DNA of 32,000 nt, from positions 36,854-68,853 of the forward strand of contig CAZCAP010000003.1 of NCBI GenBank assembly GCA_964496765.1. Direction: 5' to 3'. The position numbers and the translations under genes were made by a program. The stretch comes from an uncultured archaeon. GTDB taxonomy: Archaea > Iainarchaeota > Iainarchaeia > Iainarchaeales > CSSED10-239. The notes under the pieces were generated by a model. The model was not told the origin of the DNA. It made no database searches and was given only the letters and a program-made list of their open reading frames with translations. Positions 26,262-32,000 of the stretch are shown in pieces. The first letter of the stretch is position 1; every line of letters starts with the position of its first letter.

Positions 26262-26924
26262 ATGTTTATTAAATATCTAGGGCATTCCTGTTTTGCTATA
26301 AATGATGAAAAAGTAAATTTACTTCTTGATCCATTTATTTCTGGAAATGCTTTATCCCTGGTTAGTCCTTTTGATTTAGCTCCTGATCTAATCCTTGTTT
26401 CCCATGATCATGGTGATCATCTAGGAGACACAGTTGCAATTGCAAAGAAGAGCAATTGTGATGTTTTATGTGTTGCTGACTTAGGTAATGAACTAGCAAT
26501 GCAGGGTTTATCTGTGATTGCAGGAAATCTAGGTGGAACAATTGATTACAAGCACATAAAAATAACCTATGTGAAGGCAGAGCACACCTCTAAGTTTGGA
26601 ACGCCTGTTGGCTTTGTTATTAAACTTTCAAATCACGTGATTTATTTTGCTGGGGACACTAATATATTTTCTGATATGCAATTAATTAAAGAACTTTATA
26701 ATCCAGATATAGTTCTACTTCCAATTGATGGGCACTATAATATGGGTCCCTATGAAGCAAGTCACGCAGTTAGATTACTTGATCCAAAGATAGTTATTCC
26801 AATGCACTATGGAACTTTTCCTCTACTCGGAGGCACTCCAGAACAATTTGTGCAAGAACTTAAAAAACAAAATCTAGATACTAAGGTGATTATTTTTAAA
26901 ATAAATGAAGAAAAAGAGTTTTAG
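26262..26924 (+). CDS. Metal-dependent hydrolase, metallo-beta-lactamase fold (UPF0173-like)
   Basis: MFIKYLGHSCFAINDEKVNLLLDPFISGN, VSHDHGDHLGD, GGTIDYKHIKITYVKAEHTSKFGTPVGFVIKL, YFAGDTNIFSDMQLI, MGPYEASHAVRLLDPKIVIPMHYGTFPLL. Confidence 0.93.
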   Translation: MFIKYLGHSCFAINDEKVNLLLDPFISGNALSLVSPFDLAPDLILVSHDHGDHLGDTVAIAKKSNCDVLCVADLGNELAMQGLSVIAGNLGGTIDYKHIKITYVKAEHTSKFGTPVGFVIKLSNHVIYFAGDTNIFSDMQLIKELYNPDIVLLPIDGHYNMGPYEASHAVRLLDPKIVIPMHYGTFPLLGGTPEQFVQELKKQNLDTKVIIFKINEEKEF

Positions 26925-26937
26925 AAAGGGAAATCCT

Positions 26938-27696
26938 ATGCAAATACCAACTCCAATAATAAACGTTCCAACCAAAGAACAAGAAAAGATGTTACAGCAA
27001 ACGTTTGTTAATAACTATTCTTTTGCAAGAAATGTTTTTGCAATAATGCCATTTGAACTATCTTTTGAGGACAAAATAAGATCCATTAAAGAAAATCTAA
27101 TATTCAAAAAAAAAAATTCTCTTCAATTTTCTCAATTTCAACAAAAAGGACATTCTGTTTTGATGAGTAAAGATAGAAGAGATGATGAATCCCCTATGCA
27201 ATATGAGATTAAAAATCCAAAAGGAGAAAGAATTGCTGTATTTAATTTCTTTTTAGTGTCTGAAAAAGACAATCTGTCCGTTAGAATAAATAATCATAGA
27301 GGCCTTTCAGGAAAAAAATATTTAATTCAACTAAACAATTTGAATAAAAAGATTGGTGAAGATTGGAGAGCACTTTTACTTAAAACCATAAAAAATTATT
27401 TTGAAAAAAGAAATATTAAAACAATTGCTGAAATGCCCAGAAGATTCACATCCACTTCTGCTGAATATCTAAGATACAGCAAATATTATTTTAATACAGC
27501 AGTTAATGCTGGTATTTCTTTAGAAAATATTGATTTTAGGTATGTTCCTGATAAAAATTTAAAAAATCTATTTATTGCAAAAAAGAATATTATCCATGAA
27601 GCAAACCTCAAACTAGACAAAAAAAGATTAAAGGAAGCAAAAACAAAGCACAATGAACTTAAGAAAGTGAGTGCGTTTTTAAAACGTAGACTTTGA
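26938..27696 (+). CDS. Hypothetical protein
   Basis: Intact ORF (MQIPTPIINVPTKEQEKMLQQTF...) next to the MBL-fold gene; no family recognised. ATG at 26938 preferred. Confidence 0.65.
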   Translation: MQIPTPIINVPTKEQEKMLQQTFVNNYSFARNVFAIMPFELSFEDKIRSIKENLIFKKKNSLQFSQFQQKGHSVLMSKDRRDDESPMQYEIKNPKGERIAVFNFFLVSEKDNLSVRINNHRGLSGKKYLIQLNNLNKKIGEDWRALLLKTIKNYFEKRNIKTIAEMPRRFTSTSAEYLRYSKYYFNTAVNAGISLENIDFRYVPDKNLKNLFIAKKNIIHEANLKLDKKRLKEAKTKHNELKKVSAFLKRRL

Positions 27697-27700
27697 GGAA

Positions 27701-27775
27701 AGGGTTTGGTGGGATTTGAACCCACGACCTATTGGTCCGAAGCCAATTGCACTATCCAGGCTATGCTACAAACCC
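27701..27775 (-). tRNA. tRNA-Arg (TCG)
   Basis: Reverse strand: acceptor GGGTTTG/CAAACCC, anticodon arm ATTGG-CTTCGGA-CCAAT (anticodon TCG), T arm GTGGG-TTCAAAT-CCCAC; discriminator reads T. Confidence 0.92.
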
Positions 27776-27920
27776 ATGGAACTATTTTAACTTAGAAAAC
27801 TTAAGCTTTTTAATAGGATTGTTTCCTATATATATAATAGATTTGTTGTATTTTATTAGTATCTATTTAACAAATTAAATGAAAATTTATACTTGAATTT
27901 AAAACTAGAGGTGTACCATC

Positions 27921-28076
27921 ATGGAATCATGTACCAGTTGTAATAGAGAAGTCAGAGAGGACTATACCACATTAAAATGTCCTGCCTGCGGTAAAGCAAA
28001 AATACTAAGATGTGATAGATGTAAGTCTATTTCTAAGTTATATAAATGTCCAGAATGTGGTTTTGTTGGACCTTAG
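27921..28076 (+). CDS. Small archaeal zinc-ribbon protein (HVO_2753-like), 51 aa; absent from ORF track
   Basis: Manual translation MESCTSCNREVREDYTTLKCPACGKAKILRCDRCKSISKLYKCPECGFVGP*; four CxxC pairs and the GFxGP ending. Confidence 0.88.
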   Translation: MESCTSCNREVREDYTTLKCPACGKAKILRCDRCKSISKLYKCPECGFVGP

Positions 28077-28134
28077 ATAAAAAATCTATTTTATATATTT
28101 ATTTATGGGAGTTGTTTAAATTATGGGTTATATA

Positions 28135-28398
28135 ATGTCTGTATATAAAATCTATCCAGAAGATCCAGAAGACATAGAAAGAATTGTTGAATCTTTAAAA
28201 AAAGAGTTTCCTGAACCATTTAAGGTTCAAACTAATGATATAAGGATTGAACCAATAGCTTTTGGTTTGAGTTTAATTAGAGTAGGAGTTGTTTTTCCTG
28301 ATAAGATTGATGGTTTACTTGATAAGCTTGAAGAAATCTTGAAAGAAATCCCTGGAGTAAGAGAACTTGAGGTTGAAGTTTCTACATTAATCTCATAA
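28135..28398 (+). CDS. Elongation factor 1-beta
   Basis: MSVYKIYPEDPEDIERIVESLKKEFPEPFKVQTNDIRIEPIAFGLSLIRVGVVFPDKIDGLLDKLEEILKEIPGVRELEVEVSTLI. Confidence 0.88.
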   Translation: MSVYKIYPEDPEDIERIVESLKKEFPEPFKVQTNDIRIEPIAFGLSLIRVGVVFPDKIDGLLDKLEEILKEIPGVRELEVEVSTLIS

Positions 28399-28477
28399 TT
28401 TCTTTTTTTTCTTTTTTTAAAAACGTTTTTAAACCCTTTTAATATATTTATAGTATCCAAAGAAAGGGTAAATTAAC

Positions 28478-28933
28478 ATGATTAAATCAAATAAAGCTCA
28501 AGGATCAGTAGAAATACTTATTGGTATTTTTTTTATAATCTTTTTTATATATATATTTAATATACTTGCAGCAAATACTGTTGAAACTCTTGAAATAAAT
28601 AAAATAAAAGAACAGGAACAGGAGATTGTATTATCCCTATCTGATTTTCTATATTCTGGAGTAAATGTGCTTGAGGAAGGATATAACATTATTGCCTATG
28701 ATGCAACCTACAGGATACCATTAATTATGGTTCCTTCTCAAAATCCAACCTGTACAGTAACCATTGATAAATTTGATATAAGTATTGTAACAGAATACAA
28801 TGATAGAAACGTAAGTTACTCAATTGCAAATATAATCCCACAGGATAGCTATAATCTAAGTTCTCCAATAGTTACAAACTGTGGAAGTGAGCTTTCCTGC
28901 ACAATTGATACTGGTAAATTGGAGTGTAGTTAA
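28478..28933 (+). CDS. Class III signal peptide (type IV pilin-like) protein
   Basis: N-terminus MIKSNKAQGSVEILIGIFFIIFFIYIF matches QxSxE followed by a hydrophobic helix. Confidence 0.7.
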   Translation: MIKSNKAQGSVEILIGIFFIIFFIYIFNILAANTVETLEINKIKEQEQEIVLSLSDFLYSGVNVLEEGYNIIAYDATYRIPLIMVPSQNPTCTVTIDKFDISIVTEYNDRNVSYSIANIIPQDSYNLSSPIVTNCGSELSCTIDTGKLECS

Positions 28934-29451
28934 TGAACTATAAATTAAAAAACAAAAAGGGTCAGGTAATGGTTCTTGATGTTATGTTTACCATAGTTCT
29001 AATAATACTTATTCTCTTTTTATTATTTCGTTGGGCAGAGGTTAAGACCTATCAGAGCATAAACGATAGGCAAACAGCAGAACTAAATTATATAAGCAAA
29101 ACAGCATTTGTTTCATTAACTGAAAATCATTCAATTAATTGTTATGCATTTGACAATGATAATAATTATCTAATTTCATCCTGCTTTGGAGGAGATTCAG
29201 TTGTTTCTAAGAATGATTTAGGAATTCCTGTAAATTATAAGTGTAACTTCAGTATAGATGGATTTGCAATAGGGACAAATGATTGTGATGATGTCTTTGT
29301 TCCAGCAAATGTAGATAATTATTTTAGTGTTGATTTTAATGTAATTACAAATACTGATAGGTATATTAAAAAAAGTATTTATCTTACAAACATTCTTGAC
29401 AAGGTAGATACATTTACTGAACATGAAGCTACTTTGGTGATTTGGAAATGA
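28933..29451 (+). CDS. Pilin-like / small membrane-anchored surface protein
   Basis: MNYKLKNKKGQVMVLDVMFTIVLIILILFLLFRW, then a Cys-containing extracellular-type domain; start overlaps the previous stop. Confidence 0.6.
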   Translation: MNYKLKNKKGQVMVLDVMFTIVLIILILFLLFRWAEVKTYQSINDRQTAELNYISKTAFVSLTENHSINCYAFDNDNNYLISSCFGGDSVVSKNDLGIPVNYKCNFSIDGFAIGTNDCDDVFVPANVDNYFSVDFNVITNTDRYIKKSIYLTNILDKVDTFTEHEATLVIWK

Positions 29452-29747
29452 AGAAAGGATTTATTTTAACAATCTCAGCATTATATTATGTTGCTTTATT
29501 TATTTTATTTCTTTCTCTTCTTGTTTTCATGTCTTTTAGAACTACTCATTTTGGTTCAGAAACAATAGAAAGTCAAGTGAATAATTATAAGTTTATTAAT
29601 GGTGATGCATCAACTAATCCAATAACAACAGAGTATTGGTGTTCTAATTACATGTCCAACTATGATGCAAATGTAGATCTTGGATCTCAAACACCAATTA
29701 ATTATAAAAAATATTGTGTGATATATAATGGAAAAAGGATTATTTAA
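29442..29747 (+). CDS. Pilin-like / small membrane-anchored protein
   Basis: MEMKKGFILTISALYYVALFILFLSLLVFMSF, 101 aa, overlaps both neighbours. Confidence 0.6.
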   Translation: MEMKKGFILTISALYYVALFILFLSLLVFMSFRTTHFGSETIESQVNNYKFINGDASTNPITTEYWCSNYMSNYDANVDLGSQTPINYKKYCVIYNGKRII

Positions 29748-30216
29748 TTCATTGTTTATATTGATTATGCTTGTGATGTTTGTTCCAAGCATCTCCCTAA
29801 TGACAAAAACACAAAATATAATGGATGCCAAGTATCAGATTGAAGAAGTTGCTTTTTCTTCAGATTCAGTTATTGCTGATGCACTATCTGATCAAACCTA
29901 CTCCAATAGCTGTAGCTTAGATTCTGAAGCAAACTATGATTTTAAAGTAAATGGATATCTTATGTTTTTTGAGATTCAAAGAAGAAATTATTCAACAGTA
30001 AATTGTTTATATTCTAATTTTATAACTAATCTTGCTGGAAGCACCTATTCTGGATCAATAGACATTTCATGTAGTTCATTAAATGATGTAACTTCTGTTA
30101 ATATAACTAAGGTTATTTATTTTGATAAAGACATAAGCGCAACATTAGGTGCAACCTGTGATATTGTAATTATGGATAATCTTATGGCTGCAGAACAAGT
30201 GAACCTAAGCAAATAA
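29728..30216 (+). CDS. Pilin-like / small membrane-anchored protein
   Basis: MEKGLFNSLFILIMLVMFVPSISLMTKTQN..., then a Cys-containing domain; overlaps the 29442 gene. Confidence 0.6.
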   Translation: MEKGLFNSLFILIMLVMFVPSISLMTKTQNIMDAKYQIEEVAFSSDSVIADALSDQTYSNSCSLDSEANYDFKVNGYLMFFEIQRRNYSTVNCLYSNFITNLAGSTYSGSIDISCSSLNDVTSVNITKVIYFDKDISATLGATCDIVIMDNLMAAEQVNLSK

Positions 30217-30217
30217 T

Positions 30218-31999
30218 TTATAAAGTATAATAATATTTATTTTCCTTCTTTTGTTCCTGATCTTTTTGAGATCCTGGTTTATTTGCTCTTGGTCTTTTTG
30301 TGTCAGGATCCTTTCTAAATGTTATGTTCTGTTCGCTTAGGAACTTATTAAATGAATTTTCTATTGTGTCAACCTGGTTTGCTATACCCTGGTGACCAGG
30401 AATTCCTTCAAACAATAGTACCCTATCGGATATATAATCCACAAAAAGTAGATCATGATCAACAACAAATGCACTTCTTTCTGTTTTACTAATTACACTT
30501 TTAATCACACTAGCAATTACAAGTCTTTGTTCAATATCAAGGAAGGCACTTGGTTCATCAATTAAATAAACATCACATATCTTTGATAATACGTTTGCAA
30601 TAGCAACCTTTTGAAGCTCTCCACCAGATAGTTCACTTATCTTTTGTTCCATTAGTGGTTCAAGCTCAAGTTGACTTTTAATTTCAGAATTAAAAATATC
30701 ATTATCTATGTCCTTACCCATGAACAATTCAAACACCTGTTTATCGTTATCAAAATTAATATATTGTGGTTTGTAGGCAACCTTTAATTTTGTATCTATT
30801 TTTGTGTTTTCTGGTTCTATTTCTCCTGCAATTAATTTAATGAAAGTTGTTTTTCCAATTGCATTTGCTCCCAGAATACCAATAACTTCTGAGGTTTTAA
30901 TATTTCCTGGTTTAACTTCTAAACTAAAGGATCCTAACTTCTTTTTTAATTCTGGATAGGTAAACAAAATTTCTTTTTTGATTAATGTTTCTTCCTTTAG
31001 GGATCTAAATTCAATCTCATGATCTCTAATTCTTATGTTTTCTTCCTTTAGGAATCCACCTAGAAATTCATTTATTCCTTTCTTTGTAGTCTTCTTATTT
31101 GAAGAGATACCATAGGCACCCTTGGTTCCAAACATAACTTGGACAAAATCAGAAGTGTAATCCAGTATTGCTAAGTCATGCTCAATTAGCATAATTGCAT
31201 TATCCTTGTTTGTTCTTTCGTGAAGAAGTCTTGCAATCTTGAATCTTTGTTTAATATCTAGAAAGGTTGTGTATTCATCTAGGAAATAAATGCTAGCTTT
31301 CTTAAGAAGGGTTGCAGCAATAGATACTTTTTGTAGTTCTCCACCAGATATTTCCTTTGGTCTTTTTTCAAGAATATCTTTTAAATCAAGCTCATTAATA
31401 ATTTTTTCAAGTTCATCTTTTCCTGGCGAGACAGATTCAAGTAGTTCAACTATTTTTTTATCAAAGTACTTAGGAATTTCTTCAACCTTTTGTATCTTGT
31501 AAGCAATTGTGACCTCTTTGTTTTTTAGGTCTTGAAAGTGTTTCTGAATTGCTTTCCCCCTATAGTATTCAATTACTTTATCTATATCTCCTGGTTGATT
31601 ATAGTTTCCTAGATTTGGAATTAGTGCTCCAGATAATATATTAATTGCAGTTGATTTTCCAGAACCATTTCTTCCAATAATTCCTGTAATGTATCCTTTT
31701 TCAGTAAATGGTAATGAATAGAGTCTAAATGAGTTCTTTCCAAACTGTTGGATAGGTTCACTCATTTTCACCCCTATGTTTATTATCTTTATTGCTTTGG
31801 TTGGGCACTTGTTAGGACATATTCCGCATCCAGTACAAAGGTTTTCATTAATGATTGGTGTCTTGTAAGCCTTTTCATCAATAACTATTGCATCTTCCCC
31901 CATTCGCACAGGAGGGCAGGATCTATAGCAGAGATAGTTACAGTTCTTTGGTTGGCACTTATCCTTATCTATGATTGCAATTCTTGTATATTCAGTCAT
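30218..31999 (-). CDS. Ribosome recycling ATPase ABCE1 (RNase L inhibitor homologue)
   Basis: N-terminal 2x[4Fe-4S] region (KDKCQPKNCNYLCYRSCPPVRMG...CTGCGICPNKCPTKAI), two Walker A motifs (GRNGSGKST, GANAIGKTT), two SGGELQ signatures. Confidence 0.97.
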   Translation of the reverse strand: MTEYTRIAIIDKDKCQPKNCNYLCYRSCPPVRMGEDAIVIDEKAYKTPIINENLCTGCGICPNKCPTKAIKIINIGVKMSEPIQQFGKNSFRLYSLPFTEKGYITGIIGRNGSGKSTAINILSGALIPNLGNYNQPGDIDKVIEYYRGKAIQKHFQDLKNKEVTIAYKIQKVEEIPKYFDKKIVELLESVSPGKDELEKIINELDLKDILEKRPKEISGGELQKVSIAATLLKKASIYFLDEYTTFLDIKQRFKIARLLHERTNKDNAIMLIEHDLAILDYTSDFVQVMFGTKGAYGISSNKKTTKKGINEFLGGFLKEENIRIRDHEIEFRSLKEETLIKKEILFTYPELKKKLGSFSLEVKPGNIKTSEVIGILGANAIGKTTFIKLIAGEIEPENTKIDTKLKVAYKPQYINFDNDKQVFELFMGKDIDNDIFNSEIKSQLELEPLMEQKISELSGGELQKVAIANVLSKICDVYLIDEPSAFLDIEQRLVIASVIKSVISKTERSAFVVDHDLLFVDYISDRVLLFEGIPGHQGIANQVDTIENSFNKFLSEQNITFRKDPDTKRPRANKPGSQKDQEQKKENKYYYTL

Positions 32000-32000
32000 A

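Noticed and set aside
1-32000. Search for a CRISPR array, IS element or transposase
   Set aside because: No regularly spaced repeat units and no transposase or integrase motifs seen in any frame.

Overview
AT-rich archaeal chromosome segment. The small genome-style gene set (archaeal histone, RadA, ABCE1, Taw1, exosome superoperon, aEF-1beta, class III signal-peptide proteins) suggests a DPANN-like lineage such as Woese- or Pacearchaeota, but this is inference only. The core at 13.1-20.0 kb is an extended exosome superoperon: rnp3/Rpp30, rnp2/Pop5, psmA, an unassigned 162-aa basic ORF, SDO1, rrp4, rrp41, rrp42, rpl37ae, rpoP, Brix-like, pcc1, prefoldin beta. I identify three tRNAs (Cys-GCA, Arg-TCT next to argS, Arg-TCG). 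The provided ORF track missed three CDSs: a 5'-truncated Mre11/SbcD-like nuclease, a 42-aa RpoP and a 51-aa zinc-ribbon protein. The most interesting accessory features are: (i) a stand-alone 293-aa [FeFe]-hydrogenase catalytic domain with altered H-cluster motifs, 7 bp downstream of taw1; (ii) a DUF4143-type AAA ATPase with a tRNA 3'-end-like fragment upstream, an 11-bp direct repeat and a cluster of inverted repeats downstream; (iii) four overlapping pilin-like small membrane protein genes; (iv) a beta-barrel-like secreted or membrane protein; (v) a PEP-synthase-like protein that seems to lack catalytic motifs of its C-terminal barrel. I found no CRISPR array, transposase or integrase, and no clearly new multi-gene defence system. 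No database searches were run; assignments rest on reading motifs.
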